From positions 32,001 to 96,000 of the forward strand of contig JBFMAF010000052.1 of the NCBI GenBank assembly GCA_040755995.1: a stretch of 64,000 nucleotides of DNA. The letters run 5' to 3'. Position 1 is the stretch's first letter; the number at the start of each line of letters is the position of its first letter. Of the stretch, positions 40,186 to 50,635 are shown piece after piece. The DNA is from Acidobacteriota bacterium (GTDB lineage: Bacteria > Acidobacteriota > CAIWXX01). A model generated the notes under the pieces. That model made no database searches. It was not told where the DNA came from and was given only the letters and a program-made list of their open reading frames with translations. The position numbers and the translations under genes were made by a program.

Positions 40186-41667
40186 TCAAGGACTGCTTGA
40201 CAGCAGCTTCAGGCTGATGGTCTTCGTGCTGGCGGTGATGTTGTTTTCGAGAATGGGGTCGTCATTCTTGTTGTCAGGGTCGATGACTGCGATGAGATGA
40301 TAGACCCCGGGCTGGACGGTCGAGGGTACGGGGATGCTCGCGATCAGCTTGCCCTTCTTGTTCGCGGATATTGGCTCGATCGCCACGGCACCCAGTGTCA
40401 GATCACTGACTGAGAAGGTCGTGTCCTTGGAGAGATAGAACATGACATCGGTCGGCTCCGTACTGTCATCGCCGTCGTTCAGAACATGGACCGTTGCCCG
40501 GATGGTACCACCGGGGACGGCCTGAATCGTGCCGACGTTCAGGGCAACTGCCCGCAGGTCGTTTATCTCCTTGAACTTCGCGCCCATGATCATGTTCAGG
40601 AGCTTCCCTGATTCTTCAAGAGTGACTTCGTATCCGCTCAGTGTATCGGGTACAACGACGTGAACAAGATCAAGGTCCGGGATGACCAGAATGGCGTGTC
40701 CCCTGTACCCGGATGCCGCATAACCAGCATGGCCCCGAAGGTGTTCGAACTGAGCGAGCGGCCGGAATTTGCGCGAGAATGTCTTCCACATGTACCCGAA
40801 TCCGTACCCGGCAAGTTCTGGAACGCCCATGGAGGCGTTTGACCAGGTCTTGGTGCTCTCCTTTACCCACTTCTCTGAGACGATCTGCTCGCCGCGCCAG
40901 TTGCCCTTGTTGAGGAACAACAAGCCGAATCGAGCCCGGTCCCGTGCTGACATCCAGAACGTGTACGCTGGGTGTATGGACTTGTCGAGTTCGTATTCGT
41001 AGCTGCAGAGCTTGACATCGAAGTCCTGCATCCCGATTCGGTCGGCGATCCGTGCCTTGAACTCCTGGTAGATGTCCTTTCCTGTCTCCTGCCGGAAGAT
41101 CGTGCCCAGCGCGTTGAAATCCCAGTTGTTGTAGTAGAAGAACTCGTCGGGGCCGTGAGAGCCGCGAGGGGGCCGGAGCGCTTCCATCTCGGGCGTTTCG
41201 GCGGCAGCTTCGTGGTAGACCCCCGACCGGGACTTGATCAAGTGAACGACCTTGGCCTGTTTCTCGGCCTCCGTCAGAGACGGCGGTATGTCATCGATCC
41301 CCAGTTCCTCGATCGTCTTGTCCATATCGATACTCCCCTCATCCACATGAATGCCGATGAGGGCGCTGAGGAAGCTCTTGCGAACCGAGTGACAGTAGTA
41401 GTTGCGTTTGCTCTTCCCCCACTCGAGCAGCAGCCTCCCCTTGTAGATGGTCACCGATGACGCATAGGCCGGCTGAAGCTGATCGAAGTATGCCTTCGCT
41501 TCGGCGATCTCTCCCGAATCGAACCCCGCCTCCTCGGGGCTGCCAAACCGGGGCCATCCTGCCTTGCCTCTGGCGGCGGAGGTCTCATCGGCCCAGATAG
41601 CGCACTGGCATGAGACAGCCAGGACGATGACAGGGATCGGTATTCCGTGAACAGGAGAATTCCTCAT
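40186..41667 (-). CDS. Secreted class C beta-lactamase-like serine hydrolase with C-terminal CARDB/Ig-like domain
   Basis: SVRK (SxxK), YNN (YxN), SARDRARFG; V.N.G...T...FYLSKD...GVYHLIAVID.DN...E.NN. Confidence 0.85.
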   Translation of the reverse strand: MRNSPVHGIPIPVIVLAVSCQCAIWADETSAARGKAGWPRFGSPEEAGFDSGEIAEAKAYFDQLQPAYASSVTIYKGRLLLEWGKSKRNYYCHSVRKSFLSALIGIHVDEGSIDMDKTIEELGIDDIPPSLTEAEKQAKVVHLIKSRSGVYHEAAAETPEMEALRPPRGSHGPDEFFYYNNWDFNALGTIFRQETGKDIYQEFKARIADRIGMQDFDVKLCSYEYELDKSIHPAYTFWMSARDRARFGLLFLNKGNWRGEQIVSEKWVKESTKTWSNASMGVPELAGYGFGYMWKTFSRKFRPLAQFEHLRGHAGYAASGYRGHAILVIPDLDLVHVVVPDTLSGYEVTLEESGKLLNMIMGAKFKEINDLRAVALNVGTIQAVPGGTIRATVHVLNDGDDSTEPTDVMFYLSKDTTFSVSDLTLGAVAIEPISANKKGKLIASIPVPSTVQPGVYHLIAVIDPDNKNDDPILENNITASTKTISLKLLSSSP

Positions 41668-41986
41668 GATTCATTCCTTTCGGGCGACAGAACGCGTCCG
41701 TACGAATCGAATACGCTCATTCTGCTAAGATGTTCCGGACATCCCCGGAGTGCCCTGCACGATAGCGCTAGTCCATCGGGCTCGAGCCGTCAGTGGCCGG
41801 TTCTCGGGTAGAATCTGGATGTCCCGTTGTGGTGCAGCACCTTGATCCCCTCCGCCTCCTCCCCCTCCCGCACCATCTCGACTCTGTAGTCATTGTCATC
41901 CGCCATCAGGAAGCAAGTCGTGGACATGGTCGAAGCCCGGAGCCTCGGCCTCGGGTAGCGGCCCACACCACGGGGATGACCGCCTC

Positions 41987-44671
41987 TCACTCATGCCTCA
42001 GCGCATCGACCGGGTTGGCCCGGGCCGCCTTGATCGAATGGAGTCCCACGCTCCCTACGGCCAGGATCGCGCCGGCCAGGCCGGCCGCGACAAACACCCA
42101 GAGCTGGGGCGAGATCCGGTACGGGAACTCCTCGAGCCACGCGCTCACGTAGATGTGAGCCACCGGCCACGCCAGGAAATTGGCGATGGCGATCAACACG
42201 AGATACTCTCCCGTCAGAAGCCAGGTGATCCGGAGCGCTGTGGCCCCCAGCGCCCTTCGCACGCCAATCTCCCTGGTCCGTTGCTGCATGGTGAAGCTGG
42301 CCAGCCCGAAGAGGCCAAGACACGCCATGAGGACAGCCAGGATTCCTAGCGAGGAGAGGCCCCTTGCCGTGTCGCGCTCCGTGCGGTACATCCGCTGGAA
42401 GTCCTCGTTGACGAAGTGGTAGCTGTACGCCTCATCGGGGAAGCTCTTGCGGAAGGCCTTCTGGATGAACGCGACTGTCGATGGGATCTGCTCGGGCGAG
42501 ATCTTGATGGAGATGTTACTCCCGGTCGTATTTTCGGGGAGCAGGAACATCACCAGGGGTGTGATGGCGAAGTGGAGGGATCGAAGGTGGAAGTCTTTGA
42601 CAACACCAACCACCCGGATTTCGCGGTTGCTTTCCGACCGGTAGTCCCCTCCATAGTACAGCCTCTTGCCTATGGGCTCGTCCCAGCCCATTGCCTTGGC
42701 GGCCGTCTCGTTGACAATCGCGGCCGACACCGCTTCGGCACGAGATACCTCTTGGAAGCCCCGACCTCTGACCAGCTTCATCTGGTAGGTCGACATGAAG
42801 TCCTCGTCGACGTAGTTGTTGTTGATTGAAATCTCGGTGCCGGGCGCCGCCCCTTCCCAGCTCGTGCCGGTCCAGTTGATCGAATCGTAGGGGAGGTAGT
42901 CGGAGCTGCACACGTTGAGGATATGAGGGTTCTTCATGAGCTCCGCACGGAAGACCTCAGTCTGTACCGCATTGATTTGGTTCAACGGAATGGTGATGAC
43001 TTGGTCGCTGCGAAACCCCAAGTCCTTCGAGGTGAGGTAGCTGACCTGCTGTAGAACGACGACCGTGGCGATGATCATCGAGATGGAGATGAAGAACTGG
43101 ATGACGACCAGGGATTTCCGGAGGATCGGATTCCTGTAGCCGGAGGACATCGTTCCTTTGAGCACACGAATGGGGTGAAACGAAGACAGGACAAGAGCAG
43201 GATAGAGACCCGAGAGCACGGCGACCACCATGGCCAGCAGGGCAATACCGGCGAGCCAGATCGGCTCGTCGAGGAAAGGAATGCGCAGATTCTGCCCCAG
43301 CAGAGCCGGAAATAGCGGTCGCATGACCAACATCAGGACCAGAGCCAGCCCGGAGGCGACAAACGTCGTCAGGATCGATTCGCAGAGGAACTGCGTTACC
43401 AGGGCTGTTCTCTGAGCACCCGACACCTTCCTCAGCCCGACTTCCTTGGCGCGGTGCGCCGAGCGCGCCGTAGACAGGTTGACGGAGTTGATGACGGCGA
43501 TCAGGAGCACGAACAGAGCGACGATCGAGAAGAGTCGGACTCTCTTGATGCTCCCGATCACCCCGATCTCCTCCGTCACGTCGGCGCAGAGATGAATCTG
43601 GGTCAGAGGGCGGAGGTACAGCTCGTTTCTGCTCTGTCCCCCCTGCAGTCTCTTCAGTCCCGATCTGAGCTTGGCATCCAAAGCCGAGACGGACTCTCCC
43701 GGCCTCAGGAGAATGTAGAACTGCGTGAAGTTGCTCGTCGTATCGGTGAAGACCTCTGGGCCGAAGAAGTCTTCCAGTGTGGACTCAGAGAGGATCATCT
43801 CGAAACTCAGATGAGAATCAGCGGGGACCTCTTCGAGGATCCCCGTGACCTGGACGTCCAGTGTCTGGTCCCCTTCACGGAGTTGGGGATTGGAGGCGCG
43901 CAGGACCTTCCCGAGGGGCTCGGTGTCCCCGAAGAACCGCTTCGCCAGGCCCTCTGTCAGCACAACCGAATTGGGGGCCCGTAGAGCCGTCCTCGGGTCT
44001 CCTTTCTTCAGGCGGAAGGAAAAGACGCGAAACAACCCTTCGTCTGAGATCAAGGTCCTTTCCACTTGGAGCTTGCGACCGTCAGCCGTCCTCAACAGGA
44101 ACGGGAAAACCCCGCAGAACCGCGTGACATCTTCGATCTCGGGAAAGTCGAGGATCGAGATGACCGTGGCAGGCAGACTGGCCGTCGCCTTACGGCTGTT
44201 TCCATCGTCCACTATCTGTTCGATCCTGACAATGCGATCAGACTTCTCATGAAACCGGTCGAAGCTCAGTTCCAATCTCACATAGAGCCCGATCACGAGA
44301 AACACGGTCAGGCCCGCGGCCAGCCCGAATACGTTGATGAGAGTGTACCCCAGGTGGCGCCGCATGTTTCGCAGGCCGACCTTGGCGTAGTTCCAGCCCA
44401 GGGCGGGCACGAAGCGCGGCGGCTGCCATGGCGGCCGCCCCGAACGCCGGGTGGTGCACGCCTTGTAGAACTCCGTGCCGATGTCGGCGGTTCCGCCGAG
44501 ACGCGCGGCCACCTGGTTGAATGCCTCCTCCTCGGTCATGCCCTGTCCCACCAGCTCCTCGATGCCGTCGCGCAGGTGCCCCTCGAGCTCGGCAATGTAC
44601 CCTTCCTCTATGGACTGGCTTCTGGCCAGTCCGCCCTTCCAGGCCCTGATGGCTCTCTCCAGGTCGAACAT
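41987..44671 (-). CDS. Duplicated MacB/FtsX-type ABC permease with permease-prefix domain
   Basis: AELEGHLRD prefix domain; two repeats RAKEVGLRKVSGA / RTREIGVRRALGA; ANPVDALRHE end. Confidence 0.9.
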   Translation of the reverse strand: MFDLERAIRAWKGGLARSQSIEEGYIAELEGHLRDGIEELVGQGMTEEEAFNQVAARLGGTADIGTEFYKACTTRRSGRPPWQPPRFVPALGWNYAKVGLRNMRRHLGYTLINVFGLAAGLTVFLVIGLYVRLELSFDRFHEKSDRIVRIEQIVDDGNSRKATASLPATVISILDFPEIEDVTRFCGVFPFLLRTADGRKLQVERTLISDEGLFRVFSFRLKKGDPRTALRAPNSVVLTEGLAKRFFGDTEPLGKVLRASNPQLREGDQTLDVQVTGILEEVPADSHLSFEMILSESTLEDFFGPEVFTDTTSNFTQFYILLRPGESVSALDAKLRSGLKRLQGGQSRNELYLRPLTQIHLCADVTEEIGVIGSIKRVRLFSIVALFVLLIAVINSVNLSTARSAHRAKEVGLRKVSGAQRTALVTQFLCESILTTFVASGLALVLMLVMRPLFPALLGQNLRIPFLDEPIWLAGIALLAMVVAVLSGLYPALVLSSFHPIRVLKGTMSSGYRNPILRKSLVVIQFFISISMIIATVVVLQQVSYLTSKDLGFRSDQVITIPLNQINAVQTEVFRAELMKNPHILNVCSSDYLPYDSINWTGTSWEGAAPGTEISINNNYVDEDFMSTYQMKLVRGRGFQEVSRAEAVSAAIVNETAAKAMGWDEPIGKRLYYGGDYRSESNREIRVVGVVKDFHLRSLHFAITPLVMFLLPENTTGSNISIKISPEQIPSTVAFIQKAFRKSFPDEAYSYHFVNEDFQRMYRTERDTARGLSSLGILAVLMACLGLFGLASFTMQQRTREIGVRRALGATALRITWLLTGEYLVLIAIANFLAWPVAHIYVSAWLEEFPYRISPQLWVFVAAGLAGAILAVGSVGLHSIKAARANPVDALRHE

Positions 44672-44686
44672 GCCCGATCGCCCCAC

Positions 44687-45025
44687 TCACTCTCGCTCGG
44701 CAGCCGGCCGCCAGAGCCGCATCAGGGCCTTGTGCACACAGAGCCACTGGCTCTTCTCGGTTTCCAGATCCTGACGGCCGAGTTCCGTCAGCAGGTAGTA
44801 CTTCCGCATGCGGTTCTTCTCAGTGAGCCTCCACTCCGACTTGATGAGCCCATCCCTCTCCAAACGATGGAGGACGGGATAGAGCATCGCTTCGGACCAG
44901 TCGATCGCGTTTCCAGAGACCTTCTGAACTCTCTTCAAGATCTGGTAGCCGTAGTTCTCGCCCGAGAGCAGGAGCGAGAGGATGATTGGTTTGGCCGAAG
45001 CCGCCACGAGAGCCCTGGTGATCAT
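44687..45025 (-). CDS. PadR-family transcriptional regulator
   Basis: ILSLL..GENYGYQI, LYPVLHRLE.DGLI, RKYYLLTELG. Confidence 0.92.
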   Translation of the reverse strand: MITRALVAASAKPIILSLLLSGENYGYQILKRVQKVSGNAIDWSEAMLYPVLHRLERDGLIKSEWRLTEKNRMRKYYLLTELGRQDLETEKSQWLCVHKALMRLWRPAAERE

Positions 45026-45045
45026 CTATGCCTTCGAATCATCAG

Positions 45046-45064
45046 TACCTAACATCCTTAGGTA
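45046..45064. promoter_or_regulatory. Putative PadR operator TACCTAA-N5-TTAGGTA
   Basis: Perfect 7-bp inverted repeat ~20 bp upstream of the padR start. Confidence 0.65.
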
Positions 45065-45214
45065 TGCAATCTGGATGCCAGGACCTACTCAGCCTCTTCA
45101 CGGGCTCATGCAGCCCGTTTCATGGAGGCGCTGTTCGCAAGCGGTCAAGACCTGTCCGCAATTGTACAGAGACGGAATCGACGAGGCCGGGAGCGCCTGG
45201 ATTCCGGCAGGCAA

Positions 45215-45357
45215 CGACCGTCCGCGAGCTCGGCTGTTTCCAGACGGCCGTGTGGTTCGACGCATCCTGCCACCACATCGACCTGCTGTGCCACGAGGCG
45301 CCGGGCAGAGTCCAGCATCGCATGTGTCTTGCCCACCGACGGCGCGTAGCCGAAGTC
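45215..45357 (-). pseudogene. kdpD: Fragment of KdpD N-terminal sensor domain
   Basis: FGYAPSVGKTHAML...VDVVAGCVEPHGRLET, matching the KdpD Walker-A region; rest of the gene absent. Confidence 0.7.
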
Positions 45358-45648
45358 GCCTCAGGCCGCGCCTCGATCAGGTGCGACAGCCGAGGGTCTG
45401 TCGTTCGAGATGAGAGCCCGGTAGATCTAGCGGGCGTCCGTTGTCGATCCCGACAACAAGAACGAGGATCCCATTCTCGAGAGCAACATCGCCGCCAGCG
45501 TGGAGACCCTCACGGTATTGCCCCTCGACTGACGGAGCTGCCCCTGTTCCCGGACCTTCGACGGGCACGGACACTCTCGGTCAGCTGTGTGCCAAGGAGA
45601 GGACCGTCATCGACTCGCTCCAATCCGCGAATCTGTTGTGTTCTGCCC

Positions 45649-45701
45649 TTGACAACATCACCTCCCCGTCTTATCTTAGTAGAGTTGCTACGGTGTAGTA
45701 G
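45649..45701 (+). promoter_or_regulatory. Sigma70 promoter and probable BlaI-type operator
   Basis: TTGACA-17 nt-TATCTT (45649-45677) followed by CTACggtGTAG (45688-45698). Confidence 0.65.
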
Positions 45702-45716
45702 ACAGGGAAAGGGAAG

Positions 45717-46130
45717 ATGAGCGAAGGGAAGACCAAGAGTCGACTGCCCGAGTTGTCGCGGGCCGAGTTCGACATCCTGCGGGCGATGTGGAAGCGCGGC
45801 CAACAGACGGTCCGGGAGGTCCACGAGCAGTTGCGCACGTCGCATGGCTGGGCCTACACGACCACCAAGACGATGATGGACCGCATGGTCGCCAAGAAGC
45901 TGCTGGAGCGGGTCGAGTCCCACGGCATCTTCCTCTACCGGCCGCTGATCTCCCGCCCAGCTGGCATGGCGCGATGGATCCAGTTCCTTGCCGACCGTGT
46001 GTTGGAGACCGACACGGATGCGGTCGTGTCGCTCTTCGCAGCCAGCAAGGCCGTGACCGCCGACGAGGTTGACGAACTGGAACGCCACCTCGCCGGGCTC
46101 AAGGAAGACGAGCATGACCGCCGTCGTTGA
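45717..46130 (+). CDS. BlaI/MecI/CopY-family repressor
   Basis: LSRAEFDILRAMW, AYTTTKTMMDRMVAKKLL, YRPLISR. Confidence 0.9.
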   Translation: MSEGKTKSRLPELSRAEFDILRAMWKRGQQTVREVHEQLRTSHGWAYTTTKTMMDRMVAKKLLERVESHGIFLYRPLISRPAGMARWIQFLADRVLETDTDAVVSLFAASKAVTADEVDELERHLAGLKEDEHDRRR

Positions 46131-47622
46131 CCTGATCCCCGCAGCCTGGAGAGAGGTCATGCTCGGTCACCTGATCGCCAGCACGGTCTACTCGGCCGTC
46201 GTCGCCGCCGTTGTCTGGTCGTCTCTGATGTTGTTCCGACGCGCCTCACCCCGCGCCCATCTGTTCCTGTGGGCGTTGGTCATGATCCGTCTGCTGCTCC
46301 CGGCCGGCCTCGCGCACCCCTTCTCCGTTCGCGCGGCGTGCGACAGCATGTTGGCGTTCGTCGCCACTTCGACCTCGATGAATACCGCCGTGCTCGAGCC
46401 CGATCTCGCATTGGTTGCCGGTGCCGCGAACCGGTCCGACATCCGCACGCCGATGGCGTCCCGAGCGCTGGAGAGTCTGCTGATAGCGGGATGGTTTCTG
46501 GGCAGTCTGTTCTTTTCCGGCCTGTATCTGATCCGCCTCCGAAGCTGTCAGCGGCTCGCCCGCCGTGCGCAGGCTGTCACGGACCCGGACGTCCTGGATC
46601 TCGTGCGGCGTTGGTGCGATCGATTCGGCATACGCCGGACGGTGAGGCTGGTGGCCGCCAAGGGCGCCTCGCCCTTCACGATCGGCGTCCGGCATCCGCT
46701 GATCGTCGTGCCGCAGTGGCTGCTCGAGCCTGGGCGCGAGAGGACGCTCGAGCCGGTCATCGCCCACGAGATGGCTCACATTCGGCGCGGCGACGCCGTC
46801 TGGCTCGTCCTGCAGAACCTGTTGCAGGCTGCCTACTTCTTTCACCCGGCGGTCTGGATCGCCTCCCGCCATATCGGTGCGGCCCGCGAGAGCGTCTGTG
46901 ACGACATGGTGCTGTCCTGGCGCACCATCTCGTCCGCGCAATACGGCCGCGGGCTGCTGACGGTGCTGCGCGACCGGACAGGCGAGATGAATGGGGTTGT
47001 CACTGGTATGAGTCTCTCGACGCGGCAGTGGAAAGCACGTCTCGACAACCTGAAAGGAGAACACGCCATGAAGAAGAATGCTGTCCTGGCTCCCCTCATC
47101 AGCGCTGCGGTGTTGGCGTTCCTGCTGTTGCCCATGGGCGCGCACACGGAGACTGCCGGTACCCCCGCCCCAGCCAGCCCGTCGCCTCCGGCAGCAACTG
47201 CCATCGATCCGGCCGCCACCCCGACGACACCTTCCTTCGTCGATCCTCTTCCCGGCGCCCGGCTGACATCCGGCTTCGGCTGGCGCATCGACCCCACGAC
47301 GCGGAAGAAGGATTTCCATGCCGGCATCGACCTGGGCGCCCCTGCGGGGAGTGAGGTGCTGGCTGCAAGGGCCGGGACCGTCCTGAGGGTCAAGCTCAAC
47401 AAGTCGGCCCCACGGGGGATGGTCGTGGTCATCGACCATGGGGGTGGATATGAGACCTTCTATGCGTATCTGCAGGAAGTGTCGGTAACCGAGAATCAGG
47501 CGGTGAAGCCTGGAGATGCGATCGCCAAAATAGGTGCCGTTGGTCGTTCGACAGGACCCCACCTGCACTTCCAGGTGATGCGGGACGGGCAGCCGATCGA
47601 CCCCCTGCCGCTGGTGCGCTAG
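46114..47622 (+). CDS. BlaR1-like M56 peptidase fused to a C-terminal M23 peptidase domain
   Basis: SPFTIG, IAHEMAHIRRGD, FFHPAVW, RESVCDD; TSGFGWRIDP, HAGID, STGPHLHFQV. Confidence 0.9.
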   Translation: MTAVVDLIPAAWREVMLGHLIASTVYSAVVAAVVWSSLMLFRRASPRAHLFLWALVMIRLLLPAGLAHPFSVRAACDSMLAFVATSTSMNTAVLEPDLALVAGAANRSDIRTPMASRALESLLIAGWFLGSLFFSGLYLIRLRSCQRLARRAQAVTDPDVLDLVRRWCDRFGIRRTVRLVAAKGASPFTIGVRHPLIVVPQWLLEPGRERTLEPVIAHEMAHIRRGDAVWLVLQNLLQAAYFFHPAVWIASRHIGAARESVCDDMVLSWRTISSAQYGRGLLTVLRDRTGEMNGVVTGMSLSTRQWKARLDNLKGEHAMKKNAVLAPLISAAVLAFLLLPMGAHTETAGTPAPASPSPPAATAIDPAATPTTPSFVDPLPGARLTSGFGWRIDPTTRKKDFHAGIDLGAPAGSEVLAARAGTVLRVKLNKSAPRGMVVVIDHGGGYETFYAYLQEVSVTENQAVKPGDAIAKIGAVGRSTGPHLHFQVMRDGQPIDPLPLVR

Positions 47623-47828
47623 CGGCACGGATCGTCGCTGCTGCTCGGCGTCAGCACGAGGTGCGAGCAATGAGAGAGCCTCATCAACGGCTGGCCGCGT
47701 GAACGGCGACAAATGGGCGGCAACCGCAGCAGGCCTCTTTGAAAGAGCGCGGCGGCGAGGACCCGGCGTGTGCAGCGGGCTGCGGTGTGCGAGCGGGATT
47801 GACGCTTGGGAGAGGGGGAGGTGTAGAC

Positions 47829-50222
47829 GTGAGATGCATTGCAGACCACCTGATGATTGCGCTCGGAGCGGTCTCTCTCTTGTATTCGGCGTCGCCGGCC
47901 GTTCACGCCGAAGAGGCCGGAAGGGCTCTGCCCCCTGCAAGCCAGTGTACTTCGGCCTGCATTGTCAACAACGGCTTCTCGGTTCTGGGCAGCAACTACG
48001 ACAGCGGCTGGACCGGCGGACTAATCTTCGTCAACAAGCGCGGCGTGAAGAAGTCGAACGCCCATATGGAGCTACGCAATCCTGATGGCACGGTCATCAG
48101 GTGGACGTCGAAATACGCCAGCGTAACATTCTGCGTGGGCGCGTACCAGTTCCCCTGGGCCGGCTTGAATGAGAAGGGGTTGGCGTTCGGAACGATGGCC
48201 CTGGAGTCTGTCCTGGATGACCCCGCAGACCCGAGGGCTCACATGGCATCTGCGTACTGGTGGCAGTATGTGCTGGACACCTGCGAGACGGTGGAAGATG
48301 TCATTGCCACCGACGCCCTGATCAAGATCGAGACGGTCGACCATTTCCTCTTCACGGACAGGTACGGACACGCGGCCGTTGTCGAGTTTCAGAATGGTCA
48401 CATGGTCTTCTACAAGGGGGCCAATCTGCACATCTCGGTGCTGACCAACAGCCCCTATGACCAGGACCGGGACCTGTGGGACCGGATCAAGCATACGAGC
48501 ACAACGTATGACACTCTGAATAACTCCCAACGGCGCTTCTGCATTGCCGGCGACATGGTCGACGAGTTCAGGCCGACGAGCGACCAGCGCGCGGTGGACT
48601 ACATGTTCTCGATCCTGGAAGCGACCGGCTGGGACCCTCCGGTGTCGGCCTGGAGCATTGTCTTCGACACGAAGAACCTCCGCGTCTACTTCAACACGCT
48701 CGGACGCCGGGCCATCAGGGTCATCGATCTGCTGAGCTTTGATCTCTCATGCCTGAGCCCTCCTCAGATGCTCAGTCCGTACTCCAGCGCTTCCGGTGAT
48801 GTGTCTGCCTCGTTTGCCAACATCGACTGGAATGCAGCGATCGAGAACGCACTGGCATACATGCGATGGGAAGGATCGTCGATCCCAGAGGATCTCCTCA
48901 GGACACTGATCAGGATGATCCGAGGCTTCCCCTGTAGCGACAAGAAGCACGCCGAAGGGGTGCTGCTGGCCGCAGAGCCCGACAACGACGTCGCGAATCC
49001 CAGGTGTGCCGTCAATCTCAAGACAGGCAACGTCCTCGTCGTATGGAATAAGCTTGACCGCAACGATGCCTCCTACGGACAGGTCGGGAGCGCGATGCTG
49101 GTTCGCAGCCTTTCGGGCACCTACTCGGCAGTGGAGAATCAGACCCTCTCGGACACCGGGGGGTTCAATGGATCACCCTATCCGATCTACTTGCCCGACC
49201 AGGACAAATTCCTGGTGGTCTGGGATCAGACAGATCCCACCAGGCCCCTCGCGCGAAGCGCGATCCTCGGGCGGCTGCTCACCGGCAGAGGCGTGCCCGA
49301 GTCCGGCGTCCTGACCGTTGCCGCAGGCGACCTCAGGAATGCTTCGCCTCAGGTCTATCGGCGTGGAGCCGCCCGCAGTGATGCTCCGAGGACGCCGGAT
49401 GCCACCGGATCGGATCTCGACCTGATCTGCTATTCTGCCAAGGTGATTGGCACGAGCGTCAGCCGCGCAGGCCTCTATATCGCCGGGCTCGACAAGAACT
49501 ACCGGGCTGGCAAGGCCGATCTATTGATGAAGGCTGCGAGCAAGAAGATCGGAAGCGTCACCAAGACGGAAACGATCGTTCCCGTAGCGTCCGGATTCGA
49601 GGACGGTGACGCCATCATATTGCCAATCGAGCACGGCCTGATACAGCATGATGGAAGCCTCCTCTACCAGTCCAAGCTCCTGATGATCGATTCGCATAAC
49701 CGTGTTGCCGACAGCGAACAGGTCGGCCAGCCGGGCGCCATTCTGACCGATCTCAATGGGTTCGAGGACGGCGGCGGCGAGACGGTTGTCCTGGCCAGCA
49801 CTCTTGCGGGTGCTGCGATCACCGATCACGTGCTCAGCTGCGGTCCGGGCGGTCTGAGCCTCGTCCGGTCGTCCCCCCAGGAGGTCAGCGCAGTCGACGC
49901 CGGATATGCGATCGTCGCGGGCAGCCCCACTGGAGCGAACGATGCTCAGTCCACCGCCGGGAACGTCGGGTATCAGCTCTTCGCATCAACAGGCGGGAAG
50001 GTCTTCAGCAGGCAGATCTCGGATTCCGGGCAGACGACGGGCCCGCTGGCGACCGTGGTCAAGAAGGCGCTCGATGTGGCCACGCTGGCGGGCGCCGGCA
50101 TCGTGATCACGCAGCAGGCCGGTGGGCCGGTCGGCAGCGCCGGCCATGCGATCGTTGTTGTCTGGGACGCGAGGGGACCGAGCGGACGGGAGCTCAGGGC
50201 GAAGGTGGTTCAGGCGAAGTAG
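47829..50222 (+). CDS. Secreted Ntn hydrolase (penicillin V acylase/choloylglycine hydrolase-like) with long C-terminal extension
   Basis: Signal peptide ending VHA; CTS nucleophile, GSNYD, WTSKYASVTF, GLNEKGL, LTNS.Y, WSIVFD. Confidence 0.8.
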   Translation: MRCIADHLMIALGAVSLLYSASPAVHAEEAGRALPPASQCTSACIVNNGFSVLGSNYDSGWTGGLIFVNKRGVKKSNAHMELRNPDGTVIRWTSKYASVTFCVGAYQFPWAGLNEKGLAFGTMALESVLDDPADPRAHMASAYWWQYVLDTCETVEDVIATDALIKIETVDHFLFTDRYGHAAVVEFQNGHMVFYKGANLHISVLTNSPYDQDRDLWDRIKHTSTTYDTLNNSQRRFCIAGDMVDEFRPTSDQRAVDYMFSILEATGWDPPVSAWSIVFDTKNLRVYFNTLGRRAIRVIDLLSFDLSCLSPPQMLSPYSSASGDVSASFANIDWNAAIENALAYMRWEGSSIPEDLLRTLIRMIRGFPCSDKKHAEGVLLAAEPDNDVANPRCAVNLKTGNVLVVWNKLDRNDASYGQVGSAMLVRSLSGTYSAVENQTLSDTGGFNGSPYPIYLPDQDKFLVVWDQTDPTRPLARSAILGRLLTGRGVPESGVLTVAAGDLRNASPQVYRRGAARSDAPRTPDATGSDLDLICYSAKVIGTSVSRAGLYIAGLDKNYRAGKADLLMKAASKKIGSVTKTETIVPVASGFEDGDAIILPIEHGLIQHDGSLLYQSKLLMIDSHNRVADSEQVGQPGAILTDLNGFEDGGGETVVLASTLAGAAITDHVLSCGPGGLSLVRSSPQEVSAVDAGYAIVAGSPTGANDAQSTAGNVGYQLFASTGGKVFSRQISDSGQTTGPLATVVKKALDVATLAGAGIVITQQAGGPVGSAGHAIVVVWDARGPSGRELRAKVVQAK

Positions 50223-50489
50223 CCAGGCGGTCGAGGGCCTTCGAGACCGCGCTCGAGATGATGGAGGGAACGGCCAACTACACAGCGAGGCGATCCCTGG
50301 GCCAGAATGCCGGCCAGACTTCGCGTCGGGGCGCACGTCGAGCTGCCGGGCGTCGTCATCGAAGTCACGGACACCACCGGCGGCGGACGTCCGGCCGAGG
50401 GGCCTCGTTGGAATGCTCTTCTCGGAGTTGGCCTCCATAATAGGTTGTGCGGCAGGGCCGAACACTATTCTGAAGGGGCCTATGGCGTC

Positions 50490-50635
50490 ACGCCTCGGTT
50501 CAGGATTCGCCGGTGTAGGAGGGAGCGATTCGAGAGGAGGCCGGATTGGAGCGACCTCGCCATAGTCCACGAGCACCCCTGCGAGCGATGGCTGCATCGG
50601 AGCTGCGGATAGCCTCAGGCGGGACGGGTCTCCTC
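50490..50635 (+). repeat. Direct repeat B, copy 2
   Basis: Matches 39782-39927; supplies the actual stop codon of wzt. Confidence 0.95.
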
